Positions 41,401 to 54,731 of a stretch of DNA of 64,000 bases are shown one piece after another. Below the pieces are notes generated by a model. That model did no database searches. It had not been told where the DNA came from and saw nothing but the letters and a program-made list of their open reading frames with translations. The stretch spans positions 405,321 to 469,320 of the forward strand of contig MU004193.1 of assembly GCA_010093605.1 (NCBI GenBank), in the 5' to 3' direction. Position numbers and translations under genes: made by a program. Each line of letters starts with the position of its first letter. The stretch's first letter is position 1. This DNA comes from Lophium mytilinum. Lineage: Eukaryota.

Positions 41401-42475
41401 TCCCAAATCTGATGCAGCTAAGATGTTGCTGCAAGATCTCTCTGTGCAGAATGTGCGAGTCGAACATCCAACCTGCGATATTTCATCCAAGGAACAGGTC
41501 AAAGCAGCATTAGCACTGTGTGCTGGAAAGCTTCCACCAATCAAGGGATGCATTCAAGCATCCTTGATACTCCAGGTATTCCAATCTTTCATTCCAACCC
41601 GAATAATTCCAGCTCCTGACTAGTACGCTAATCTCCATAAGGACTCCGTCTTCGAAACAATGACCTACAATGAATGGACAACCGCAATAGCCCCCCGCAT
41701 GCAGGGAACCAGCAATCTCCATGAACTCTTGCCAAACAACATGGATTTCTTCCTTCTCCTCTCTTCCATCAACGGTATACTAGGCGCCCGCTTCCAAGCC
41801 AACTACGCAGCTTCAAACACTTTTCTCGACGCCTTTGCGCATACGCATTACAAACAACGCGTCGTCTCCATTGATCTGGGCTGGTACGCCGGCACTCTCG
41901 CCACCAACGAATTCTTGAAGGGAAGATTTGAAGGCCTTGGATGCGTATACCAAGTGCCGGACTCGCAACTGTTAGGCTTGCTTGACTACTACTGTGATCC
42001 TACACGATCGGTTGACATCGGAAAGTGTCAAACAATGATTGGTGTCGCACCTCCGTCCTACGCAAGAGCTCAGGGCAAAGAATTCCCGGCATTGCTGAAG
42101 AGGCCGATGTGGAGAGTTATGAATTCTCTCGATACCGCAATCAGTGCTAAGGCCCAGACGGAAACATCGGAGCAAAAGCCCCTCCCGCTTTGCACACTCC
42201 TAGCCTCCACGGAATCAATCGCCGAAGCAGCTGATCTTATATGCAATACCATGTTAGGGAGGTTGGCGGAGCAATTAGGCATTCATGAGGAAATGATTGA
42301 CAAAGAAAAACCTTTTCATGTGGCGGGAGTGGATTCCCTGATGGCGGTCGAATTGAGAACTTGGTTCAGGAGAGCAATTGGAGTGAGCATCAGCGTCTTC
42401 GAGATCATGGGAAATGGGGGTATGTTTGGACTGTGTGTAAAAGCGGCGGAGAAAGTGGAATATAACAGGAAGTAA
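35443..42475 (+). CDS. Reducing type I iterative PKS: KS-AT-DH-(degenerate MT)-KR-ACP, ER absent; many introns
   Basis: [57 protein letters not shown]...YPAAG and HPVTLD. MT remnant [18 protein letters not shown] and [22 protein letters not shown]. Confidence 0.95.
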
Positions 42476-43082
42476 GGTTGTTTGTTATTTATGATGAGTA
42501 ACAGGAGGCTCTAAAGTTTACATTCGAGAACTAAAAACAATTGTTGATCAACTGTATCCCATAGAGAGTCACCGATTTTCGTGCACTTTTAAAGCACCTG
42601 GTCTAGTCCTGCATTAGCGCGTGTCTGGTGTTGCTGCTTATAAGGGGGCCCCTACTAATGTATTATCTCCAACATGCCGACGCTGAATGCACAATTTTGC
42701 ACACTATAAAACCATAAGATATATTATATCTACTTTTTAAATTATCTAAAGCTCTATAGATAAGGAAGCGGTAGTATCCGCTATTTATCTACGCCTGTCC
42801 CACCTAAAATCGCTTAAAAGTTGAGTTCTATCTGAATTTTTCAAGTTTAGAGTCACGTGGGAGTGTATCTAGCACAGGCCTCCCAAGCTGCGGCTGGTGA
42901 TTACGGTGTTGGACGCTAGGAAGCCAGCCCCGCTTGCTACTACGTCGCATCAGGCCTACAGCCTTTGTGCACGAGCCAACGCTAGCAGCTGTCTTACGAT
43001 GGGATCTACTTTATCTTAATAGAACTCTCTATAGAGATGTTATTGTTATTGATAAACTCTATTATGCTTGCGTAGCGCCCGT

Positions 43083-43346
43083 TGTCAAAGGTATAGAGTT
43101 AATGGGAGAATAGATAGATAGATAGATAGATAGGAATTGTATTGCTTGAGTTCTATTCTGTATCGACAGCAACGGAGTTGTATATATACAGCATTTAATG
43201 CATTGTAAAACGTTTCTCTAACGTTCTTGTAACGTTATCTAACGTTTGTTGTATCACGTTTAAACGCTCACGGTTTCGTTCCGTTTAAAGGCTTTTGAGC
43301 CTATTATGCGTAAGGATATAACGCTTATGCTATTTTAATCCTTACA
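43083..43346 (-). mobile_element. Solo LTR (264 bp, TG...CA) of the Copia element, with 5-bp TSD CCCGT
   Basis: TGTCAAAG...CTTACA flanked by CCCGT at 43078-43082 and 43347-43351. Reverse complement of the LTR at 49333-49592. Confidence 0.92.
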
Positions 43347-44093
43347 CCCGTTAGGGTCCATGCAGCTGTTCTATTTAGGCTAATTTACAAAGAGAATCCG
43401 CTTGCTGCCGGGCAGCGTTTGGATAAAAACGCGGTCTTCTATAGTATATAGTGCCGAGCTCTCTTTTATAGTGCTGTGTGACTGCTGGGGAAGCATGGCA
43501 GGTCTGTCAGGTCTACCACAGAATAAGCAATCTTAATGCGTCATCCTATCTCTATAGAGATAAAGATATATCTTTATAGTTTATATCTTATATATAGTAG
43601 TTCTCTTAGGTAGATAGATTATATAGGAGATAAGGCCTAGACTATAATAAGTAATAATAATTATATTCCAGAATCTAAAATAGGTAATAGGGGTGTTATT
43701 ATGCCTTAAATAACTTTTAATAAGATATAGTCTTTGACCTAATAAAAGTTTAGTATCTATTTGTTAAAAGAAAGTGTCTTTATAGAATAAGAGGTTTTGT
43801 AGATATAGAAAACCACCTTATCTATAAAAAAGGAATAAAGAATTCTTTATATACTTAAAGTTATAAAGAGTATTAAAAGGGTCTACCTATTAATAGATAT
43901 GGATAGAACAGAATAGAAATATATTACTTACTTTCATTCTAATACCCCCCTATAGAAGGTATACTCTATATTAATTATTTCTACTAAGTTTTAGCTAGTT
44001 AGTAAATACGTAGACTAATAGATAGATATAGAGATGTACAGGTAGAAAGAAAAATAGATAGATAGATAGATAGATGGATGGATAGATAGATAA

Positions 44094-44119
<26 letters not shown>

Positions 44120-44125
<6 letters not shown>

Positions 44126-44342
44126 ATAGAAATTATATTACTTTAGTTCTATTCTATACTAACAGCAATAGAGTTGTATATATACACTATTTAACGCATT
44201 ATAAAAGGCTTCTCTAACGTTCTTATAATATTATCTAACTTTTATTATCTTACACTTAAACGCTTACAGTTGTGTTCTATTTAAAGGCTCTTAAATCTAT
44301 TATGCGTAAGGATATAACGCTTTTACTATTATAAAACTTATA
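44120..44342 (-). mobile_element. Partial, heavily RIP-mutated copy of the same LTR, abutting a long (TAGA)n tract
   Basis: Aligns by eye to about 43125-43346 with many C>T and G>A changes. Confidence 0.8.
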
Positions 44343-44826
44343 ATCAAGCGTTCATTTAGAAGTTGCTAGATTTAAGAGCTTAGTCATATTATAAAAAAAA
44401 TTGCACTAAGTTATATTTAGAGACATTTACATTAATATAAGCTTTAAAGTCTGTAAGACTAGATCTGCAGTATCCCATTAACTAGCTAAACTCACAATCA
44501 TCCCAAGTCTCTCTGCTATAATCCCTAACTGGCAAATCATTATAGCAAAGACAATGCCTTCTAAAAATCCATCTAGTCTTGTTCTATCCACAAAGGTTTC
44601 ATAAGAGATTAAAAGAAACTCCGCTAGCTGCTCTTCTTTTAAATCGTGGCTGGCGCCAAGAATAAGAGGAATTTGTGTTTCAGTTTGTCCGTTCTTCCAA
44701 TATCTAAGCCCAGTGGAGATTCGCTGCCTGTTTTTATCTAATGCGTAAAAGTCGGAATCATTAACCATGTAGTTAGGTTGTTGATCAATGCCATGAAGGT
44801 AGTAATCGTGAGACTTTGACACAATA

Positions 44827-45331
44827 AAGCGGTTTTTCTCCCTCACACACCTCCGCTGCCACACCTCCCGCACGGCCCCGCACGGACTAGCTCGCCCGTG
44901 AGAGGAAGGGTTGGGGCTAAGGCCCCTGTACGCCACTAAATAAAGAGACCTACATAACTCCTTTATAAACAGTATAGTGTGTGTCAAGCACTATACTTAG
45001 TATAGTACTTACTATACCTCTACACCAGCCTAATTTAGCAGCCTCTATACCTGCTTAGGCCTCGCGTGCCTATACATGCAGGACACCTTTACAACTAGGG
45101 CTTAGAGGGCCCCCTTAGCGCTGTGCATTAGCCCTTACGGGCACTTAGCGTTGCGCATCTAAATTAAAATAAACACAGGCCTTATAGACCTTAGCTCCCT
45201 GCCTCCAGGCGCTAAGTAGGGCTGCAACAAGGCCCCCTAGCTTTGGCGCACGCCGAACGTTCGCTTGCGAGCCGCCAGGCCTCATCTGGGGGGGTGTGTG
45301 AGCGGAGGTGTGTCTGGGAGAAAAACCGCTT
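44827..45331. mobile_element. Non-autonomous TIR element (MITE-like, about 505 bp) flanked by TA, Tc1/mariner-type
   Basis: AAGCGGTTTTTCTCCCTCACACACCTCCGCT at the left end and its near-perfect inverse at the right end. TA on both sides. Excision restores the host reading frame. Confidence 0.85.
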
Positions 45332-45468
45332 TAATAAGGGTATTTCGTATTTCTAACGTGATGACGAGCTTCTTTTCAGTCAGGCTTCCGGCAAAATTTA
45401 TTTTGCATATTCTTTGGAGTTTGCCCTCTGAATCAAATTTGAGATAATTCCAAGATGATCCTAAAGAA

Positions 45469-45973
45469 ATCAAGGTTTACAATAGCATAAGCGTTATATC
45501 CTTACGCATAATAGGCTCAAAAGCCTTCAAACGGGATGAAACCGTCTCTACGGCGCCGAAAAACAGGGCCGGAATCCAGCACCGTGCGCACCACCTCAAA
45601 TCAAGCAAATTCCTCTAAATATTTACCGAGTTTCTTCAAATAAATCAAATTTGAAGTCTCTAGAGATGTCTCTCAAGTATAGCTTTTTGGAAATTTAATT
45701 TAGTAAGAAGTTGGTGGAGTTTTGTTTGTTTTGGTACGGTGCCCACGGTGCTGCATTCCGGCCTTGAATTTCGGCGTCGAAGAGCCGTACCGTGAGCGTT
45801 TGAACGTGATACAACAAACGTTGGATAACGTTACAAGAACGTTAGAGAAATGTTTTACAATGCATTAAATGCTGTATATATACTCCGTTGCTGTCGATAT
45901 AGAATAGAACCCAAGCAATACAATTCCTATCTATCTATCTATCTATTCTCTCATCGACTCTATACCTTTGACA
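45469..45973 (+). mobile_element. Solo LTR with TSD AAGAA, interrupted by a MITE
   Basis: Matches the LTR at 49333-49592 and ends TTTGACA. AAGAA at 45464-45468 and 45974-45978. The first 3 bases are mutated. Confidence 0.85.
45546..45784. mobile_element. 239-bp MITE with about 47-bp imperfect TIRs, nested in the solo LTR
   Basis: CTCTACGGCGCCGAAAAACAGGGCCGGAATCCAGCACCGTGCGCACC matches the inverse of the right end. CCGT on both flanks. Absent from the other LTR copies. Confidence 0.85.
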
Positions 45974-46550
45974 AAGAATAAGTAGGATAGAGTTTTGGTC
46001 GGTATTTTGTCCAGCGGAAATACTGCCAAGATCCCCTCCATTCAGCCCAAGTCCAGGATGGCAGGATCTTTTGCCGACTTGGGGTCTGATCTGCCAAGTC
46101 GTGTATCCTTTTAAGTGCATTTACAAAACCACCCTCTAGTAGCCCATGAAAGTATTACGGTATATGAGGCACATAATGGTGAAGGTTGATAAGTTCATAG
46201 TAGAGTAATGATAATTGTACGTTCTACAGTTCTACGGAGAGGGCAGCAGGCTCATATACCTAATGTTCCTTTATTAGAACGTACTCTTTGTATTAATAAA
46301 GAGCCTTTCAACTGTAATAGAGAGCTGTGTTTCAAACAAAGAGAACAGAGAGTTCTCTGTCTGAATAAAGGCATAAAGGATATAGAATCTATCTATTTAC
46401 ATACATAGATAGATACATAAATAGATAGATGAACAATAAAGGAATATATCGCTTATTGTTGTTCTAATACACCCCCATAAGTGGTATATTCTATTCTATC
46501 TTATTTTTGCTTGTGTATAGATGGATGAATAGATAGATAGATAGATAAAT

Positions 46551-46589
<39 letters not shown>

Positions 46590-47550
46590 ATCTATATATC
46601 TAAACAGACAGATAGATAGATAGATAGATAGATAGAAAGATAGAATCTATCTATTTATGCAGATAGATAGATAGATAGATAGAAGTTATTCATCTATCTA
46701 TTAGTATATCTTAATAGATATTAGTTGAAAGACGTTCGTTTTAACAGCGTTGTAATAGTTATATAATATCTTGTTAAACTTACTATCTTCTAGTAAAACC
46801 CTTTAAACGTTGGCTAAATTACAAGTTATAGAGGGTATAATATAAGATAGATAAAAACTCCTTATAAATTACGAGAAATATATCTTTTGTATAGCTTAAT
46901 TAGGTTTAGATAGACAGGAATAGTAAATCTTAATGCTACTAGGTAGCTTTAGTTAAGTTGGTGTATTAAGGATAGATAGTATAGAACTTACGTTCATCCT
47001 TAATATTATAGAAAAAGGTACTAGATAGTAGTCTTTTTTCTAGTACCGCTAGTAAGAGATTCTAGCTTTTAATCTTATCTTTATCTTTTTCCTTATAATG
47101 AAATATACTCTTATTATAATAAGATATGCCCTTAATTCCTAATATTTCTTTTCTATTTCCTACTAAATTGTAATAATCTAGGCTTATTAGAGCGTATCCA
47201 GGTAATAATAGTAGAGAAGGGCTATCGCGCTTTTATTTAATGTTGGAATAAACAGATGAAGCTATAATTGCATGCGTGCGGGGTAATTTAATGTATTGGT
47301 TGCTTTTGTCGGAATAAAGGTGACGTTTTCGTTGACTTTTTATGTTTGTGCAGGGCAATTAGTATTTATTAATGCCATATTACTTTTTATTTAATTTGCG
47401 ATTAACTTAAACATTTTTAAGCTAGTATTATAATTCTAGGCTTGTCTTTCTAACTTATCTAACCACTGCAAACACCGGCTACATTTCTATTGCTAAGCCT
47501 ACAACAAGGTAGTCCTCTCTACAACCCATCTTATTAGATCACGCAACTAC

Positions 47551-48726
47551 TTATTAGTGCAATGGTTTAGTGGACTGAAGTTCCAAGTCAAATTCACTGG
47601 TATGTACAACCGTCCTTACTTCAACATCACTGGTCAGCATGGTGACGGACTGGGCTTCTAGATAGGCACAGTGCGCCAAGCTTGCGTCGACTACTACGTT
47701 TCCAGCGGCCTCTATCCCAGTCACATCGTAATGGTCAGCTGTATCTTGAACAGCCTCGATGCGGGCACAACATCCACCTCTGCTAGTCACACTTATTTCC
47801 TAACTCTGTGGCCTGCGTTCATCAGCATCATCGTCGCGCTGGGGCCCGATGGCAGTCCGATTGCCTACGACAACCTCCTTTAGTTAGGTTTCTTCGCACT
47901 AACGAGCGGCTCCTTACCCGGCTGTAAGCCTCTCTCGCTAGCGCACCATTTTGAGACTGCGACGCTGAAAGAAGCCCGGAGGATATGCGAAAGCTGGCAC
48001 GACAGCGAGTCTAATCCACGAAAGAGCTCGAGAGGAGGTACCCTTAGAGCAGATAAGCATGCCTCTGAGAAAATCAACTTCGCGCTCGCCTTCGCTTGTA
48101 TAATTTTGTGGACTTGGTTTGTTTCGTGGTATCTAATCACTCTGCGCACAGCACTTTACTTTAGCGACGGTCTCCCCTCAAGTTGTGGTGCAATATGGTA
48201 CTTGGGGGCTGCCATTGTGTGCGAAGGGATATTTAAATTATCGCTCAACAACGTCGAGCTCTGGGAATCGACTCAGAATCATAGCCCGCCGCGGTCCACG
48301 GAGAACGCCCGCAACAAGAATACCCCTTCTGACCCTATCGAGCCCGCTCAGAATTCTGTCATCAAGAATCCAGACCCCCACCCGAATTTCACAAACGCTC
48401 CCCAGTTCTTCAAACGAGAACGCTTGAACGGGTTCCAGACATGGACTCGCATAGCACGCCTCCAGCTCACGCGCCAAAGTTACCGCATTCTAGTGCGGGC
48501 AAACGAACCGACTGTGCTTAAGTCCATTTTCCATTATTGCGCTCGTATGGGCCAAATGTCACTTTCTGTCTGGGGCTGCACGGTGCAGGGCAGCATTTTT
48601 TTTATGGAGACTCCAACTTATCTCAGGTGCCTCAGCCGCGTCTCCGAGTCATTTTTTGAGGCGTTACAACTCAATACAGTAAGGACCGCCCCACCACCCC
48701 CTTACCTACCGCCCTCAGCCCCCTAG
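47551..48726 (+). pseudogene. Membrane-protein gene relic within the TE block
   Basis: About 390 codons in one frame with only two TAG stops (47659, 47881). Hydrophobic segments LWPAFISIIVALG and FALAFACIILWTWFVSWYLI. Normal GC amid AT-rich DNA. Confidence 0.6.
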
Positions 48727-50250
48727 CCCTCCTCCCTCCCGCCCTAAAAATCCTCTAAGACGCGTCTAAGGACTTTTAGGCGCCTGTTTAGTGCAAACTA
48801 GTCTATTTTTTATAGGTATACCTTTTTTAAATATTAACTATAAGGTAAATTTATTAGCCATAGTCTTAGTATTTAATATATTTTAATAATAAGTTTTTTC
48901 TCTACTATCTTTTAAGAGTTATACCTAGCTAGCTATAGTATTAAGGGTTAATATATAGCGTTAAAAATAAAAGTATATTTTTTTAAACTAGACTACCGGC
49001 CTTACCCCTCTATAAGAATCTATAAGAATTTCTTAGCACGCCTCTATACCTTTTAGTATGGGTTCTACTCTCTTAGAATTATAGCCGCGTTATAGTATAA
49101 CTAGACTTAGTATTAGATATAGGAGATAGAGTAGGAGATAGGCTAGCACTTTATAGTTATAGCAGGTTGTTTAGAGTTATATTAAGGGTTAATATATAGT
49201 ATTAAATACAGCCATTTTATTTATATAAGGCCGGCCGCTTATCCTTATAAACTGTGCCTAATTGTCCTTAGACGCTCTATAAGGAATTGCCCCATTATAT
49301 AAACTACTAAATTCTGCCGTGCACCGTCCGTGTGTAAATTCTATAATAGTATAAGCGTTATATCCTTATGCATAATAGGCTTAAAAGTCTTTAAACGGAA
49401 CGAAACCGTAAACGTTTAAACGTGATACAATAAACGTTAGATAATATTATAAGAACGTTAAAAAAACGTTTTATAATGCATTAAATGCTATATATATATA
49501 ACTCTGTTGCTGTTAATATAGAATAGAACTTAAGTAATATGATTCCTATCTATCTATCTATCTATTCTCCCATTAACTCTAAACCTTTGACAGGTTATAA
49601 GCACGGATTGCACCACGCAATCTATAGCTATATAAAGTACTAATAGGCAGGTTCTATCTTAAAATCAAGTAAATATTGATTGAAACCTTCTAAATTAACT
49701 AAATATTGGACAAAAACGCCGCCGTTTACTATTACTAGTATATAAACCTACTACACCACTGTATAAGTGGTTTTAAGCTCAAAACGAAGCCGAAATAGCT
49801 GAAACTAGCTGAAAATATAGCTGAAATTCAAGAAGATAAAGTTATCAACTATAAACCCGCCATACAACAGCTAGAATGTAATCTAGAATTGCAAATCCAT
49901 CACGAACAAAATTAAACTAAAGAAATATCACCTATTTATTATATCTATTAACACGAAGCTTCTATAAGCTTATACTACGTTATAAACTATGTAATTAACC
50001 TTCCAACCTCTATTATTTATTATATATTAAATCCAGATACTCCAGATTAGATTATAACCTTCTATCCTATTATCTCATCTAACACAAGATAAATCAATTA
50101 AAAATTAAAATATTTCTCTTTCTATCTATCTTTCTATTTATTAAATACATAGATAGATAGAACTCATTTATCTATCTATTCGCTAAATACATAGATAGAT
50201 AGAAATCTATCTATTTAATAAATATAGAGATAGATAGAAATCTATCTATC

Positions 50251-50442
50251 TATTTGCCTAACGGGCTATCTATCTATTTGCCTAACGGGCTATCTATCTA
50301 TTTGCCTAAAGGGCTTTCTATCTATTTGCCTAACGGGCTATCTATCTATTTGCCTGACGGGCTATCTATCTATTTGCCTAACGGGCTATCTATCTATTTG
50401 CCTACCGGGCTATCTATCTATTTGCCTAACGGGCTATCTATC
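50251..50442 (+). repeat. 24-bp tandem repeat x8 (TATTTGCCTAACGGGCTATCTATC) in the Copia leader
   Basis: Eight contiguous units with few substitutions, ending just upstream of the gag ATG near 50460. Confidence 0.95.
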
Positions 50443-53400
50443 TATCTATTTAATCTAAAATGGATAAAATCAGTATTACTAAGCGTTAATCTAACTATAA
50501 AGTTTGGGCTCTAAGAGTACAATCTCTCTTAGTAGAAAAATAATGTAGTAATGCTATTAGTAGTACTACTACTATGCCTATTAATAAGGAATACGACGTA
50601 AAAGCATTAGCCACTATTAGGCTTACTATAGAGGACAGTCCTCTATTATAATTATAATATTCTGCTACTGTAATAGAAGCTTAGAAGCTACTAAAGAAGC
50701 TATATAGCCTAAAGGGCTTTAGTTCTAAGTTCCTTATTTATAAGGAGCTATTTAATACTGTTTTATTTAAGTTTTTAAGTATAGAAGATTACTTAAATAA
50801 GATAGCATAGTTGATAGATTAATTAAAAGCGGAAAAGCTTAAATTTCTAAATTAAGTTATTATAGCCTGGGTTTTAAATAGCCTAACGGACCCCTATAAT
50901 GGCTTTATAATAATAGTTACACAATTCTATAGGGAAAATTCATCTAATATTAAATTAGATGATTTATTCTCTAATTTAATAGATAAAGTAAGAAGATAAG
51001 AGTTTAAAGAGCACGAAACGGCTCTACTTAATAAGACTAAAAAGTTCTTGCCTAAAAATAAGAATAGAATAGAAAAACAGTACTATAAGAAGTGTAAAAC
51101 AGCTATATACCTTATAAAGGATTATTTCTATCTATTTCCTAAAAGGGCACTAAAGTGGTTTAGAACTGAAGAATATTTTAAACTACTAAAAGAAAATAAG
51201 GAAGAATCCTTAATTATAGAGGAATCTAACCCTAGATAGGACAATTTTAATATAGAACTAGATGCAACTAAAGTAATAGTATTTCTAGCATCCTATTATA
51301 CCCCTAATAACAAAGCTAATTATATATTAGACTCCGGGAGCACAAGCCATATAATAGTAGATAGAAATCTATTTACTACCTATAAGGAACAAGCTATTAT
51401 ATTAAATTAGGGAGAAAACAAAACTACAACCGCAGAAGGTGTAGGAAATATATAATTAAAACTAAATAGGAATATATTTATACTAGAAAAGTGCCTTTTT
51501 ATACCTAACTTTAGATATAATCTAATATCTATAAGTAAACTAGATTCTATAGGAATAAACGTTGCGTTTAAAAATAGAACGGCTGTTATATATAAGAATA
51601 ATACTATATTAGCAATAGTAATGCTTAAAAACTCTTTATATTTTATAAATATAGAAAATACAACGCTTTTTACAAACTAAATATATAAAGAGATAGATAA
51701 AAGCAATTTAATAAATACATATATAGATAGAAATAATCTATCTATTTAGCACTAAAGAATAGGCTATATAAGCTCTAGAAAGCTTAGTATAATACTAGGT
51801 ATAACTATAAAAGAACCTATATAATGCGAAGCCTTTATAAGAACTAAAATAATAAAAAATAAGAGAAGTAAGGAAATAATACTAAAAATAATAATTTCTT
51901 TATATGAAGTCTCTTTAGATTTAGCAGGGCTTATAAATCCATCTAGTTTAGGGGGTAATAAATACATTATCTTCTTTATAGATACAGCTTTAAGATATAT
52001 AGAATATAAACTATTAAAATCTAAAGATAAAGCTTATAACGCCTTTTTAGAATATAAAGCTAAGGCTAAGAATATAGGAGGTAAAAGAAAGATATAAATC
52101 TTTAAATCTATTAATGGGGGAGAATATATAAATAAGAAGTTTAAAACAACTCTTTTAAAAACGGGTATAACCCATTAATTCTTAAGCCCCTATACGCCGG
52201 AACAAAACAGTTTAATAGAGCGAATTCATTTAACTATATTTATTATAGTAAGGGCTCTATTATATATAGCTAATTTACCTTTTAATCTATAGGGAGAAGC
52301 TATAAATGCGGCCGTATATATATATAATAGAACGCTGCACTCTAGCTTAAAAGATAAAATGCTGTTTAAGCTATATTATAAAAGAAAAGCTAAAATAGAT
52401 AATATAAAAATCTTTGGCTCTACAGCCTATTATAAGGTTAAAACGTAAATAACTAAATTAGAACTAAGAGCTAAAAAGGCTATAGTATTAGGCTATAGTT
52501 CAAATGCGTATAGACTGTTAGATCTAGAAACTAAAAAGATCTTTTAGGTAAGAGATGTATCTATAATAGAAGGCTTCCTTAATAAAAGGAGTGAAAATAA
52601 CATTAATAAAAAGGGAAAACCCTTAGAATACGTTATTAATATAGAGCCACTAAAAGATAATACTATAAGCAATAATACTACAAGTAATAGTATAAGTAAT
52701 AATACTATAAGTAATACTATAAGTAATAATACTCTAAGTAGTAATAATTTAATAATAAATAAAAGCTCTAAAGATGAATTAGCTTTAGAACCATCTAGAA
52801 ATCTATCTATTTAAAGAAATACACAGAATCCAAATTTAATAAATAGATATATAGATAAAATTAATCATTAAATATATATATAGATAGAAACTAAACTTAA
52901 TTATCTATAAATATATACATAGATAATCTATCTAAAGATAAATTAGCCTTTATTATTAATAATAATAATAAGCCAAATATATATAAACAAGCTATAGAAT
53001 CTCTATATATTAATAAATAGAAAGAAGCTATATAAATAGAAATAGACCAGCTTAATAAGCAAAATACCTAGGAGTTAGTAGACTTACTAGTAAATAGAAA
53101 TGCGTTAAAAGGACGCTAGGTCTATGGAATTAAAACTAATATAGATAATAATATATCTAAATATAAGGCAAGATAGGTAGTAAAACGTTTTAGCTAAACT
53201 TACGGTATAGATTAAAAAGAAACCTTTATAAATACCTGCCGCCGATAAGTATATAGGCTATTACTTATAATAGCTACTTATTATAACTGGGAAGTAATAT
53301 AATAGGACTTTAAAAATATATTTACACTTGCAGATTTAGATAAAGAACTATACGTAGAACAACTATATAGTTTTAGTAAAGATAATAAAGTCTATAAACT

Positions 53401-54539
53401 AAATAAAGCCTTATACAGCTTAAAATAATTACCTAGATAGTAGTATTTACATCTAGCTACTTATCTAGAAAAGTATAGTTTTAAAAGTACTATTATAGAC
53501 TAAGCAGTATTTAAAAATACGCAATTAAATATAATAATAGTCTACTACGTAGATAATTTATTAGTATTTGGCCTAAATATAAAAGATATAGAAAATCTAT
53601 AATAAAAACTAAGCAAAGACTTAGAATTAATAAATCTAGGCCCTATATCCTATTTTCTAGGCATGGAAAAAACCCGTAATAGAAAGGAAAGAACCCTATT
53701 ATTAAGCTAGAAAAGGTATACAAAAAGTCTATTAAAAAGATTCAATAAAGAGAAACTAAATCCCGTTTCTATACCAGGAGAAATAGATATAAAACTAGAG
53801 AAAAATAATAAGTAGGCATTAAAAGCGGATATAAAACTATACTAATAATAAGTTAAAAGTTATATCTATCTATCTATAAAAACAAGACTAGATATTGCCT
53901 ATAGCGTAAATCTATGCGCTCGTTTTATATCTAATTCTAGTCCTATTTACTTTAAAGCCTTGAAAAGGATATAGAAATACTTATTATATAAGCCTACGCA
54001 AGGAATAAGCGTTAAATTTTCTTCTAATAATCCTGCACCTTATATATTAGGCTATTCCAATGCAGATCATGGGGGTAATATAATAGGAAGAAAATCTACT
54101 ACAGAATATTACTTTTCCTATAGAAAAACACCTATTAGCTGGAGTAGTAAACTACAGAAATCTATAGCACTATCTAATTACAAATCTAAATATATAGCAT
54201 TAAAAGAAACTATAAAAGAATATATATACTTTATAAGTATATTAAAACAACTTAATATTAAAAATAAAGAAGATTTCTATCTATTTACGGATAGTTAGTC
54301 AGCTATAGAATTAGCTAATAATCCTGAACATCACTTAAAACCTAAACATATTAATATATAGTATTACTTTATAAGAGAGAATGTTTAAAACGGCTTAATA
54401 AAGCTAGCTTACCTTAATATAAAGGAACAAATAGCTGATATATTCACTAAGCCATTAGTAGGAAGTAGTTTTACTAAAATAGTAGACTATATAAGATTAG
54501 GCACTAAATGACTATAAAAGTATAGATAAAAATCTATCT

Positions 54540-54667
54540 ATATAGATACATAGATACATAGATATATAGATGCATAGATACATAGATACATAGATACATA
54601 GATACATAGATACATAGATACATAGATAAAACTCTATTGCGCAAATACATAGATACATAGATTCTAC

Positions 54668-54731
<64 letters not shown>

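Larger units (their letters stand above)
44478..46180 (-). pseudogene. C-terminal relic of a HET-domain-like gene split by a solo LTR and a MITE
   Basis: Removing the insertions gives one frame: YFHGLLEGGFVNAL...ILPSWTWAEWRG...YSLGSSWNYLKF...NTLIIVSKSH...AERLG. Confidence 0.7.

Noticed and set aside
50251..50442. CRISPR-like array, or YLPNGLSI repeat protein (ORF 50254-50514)
   Set aside because: The units are contiguous with no unique spacers, in a eukaryotic retroelement leader. The ORF is a by-product of a stop-free 24-bp unit.
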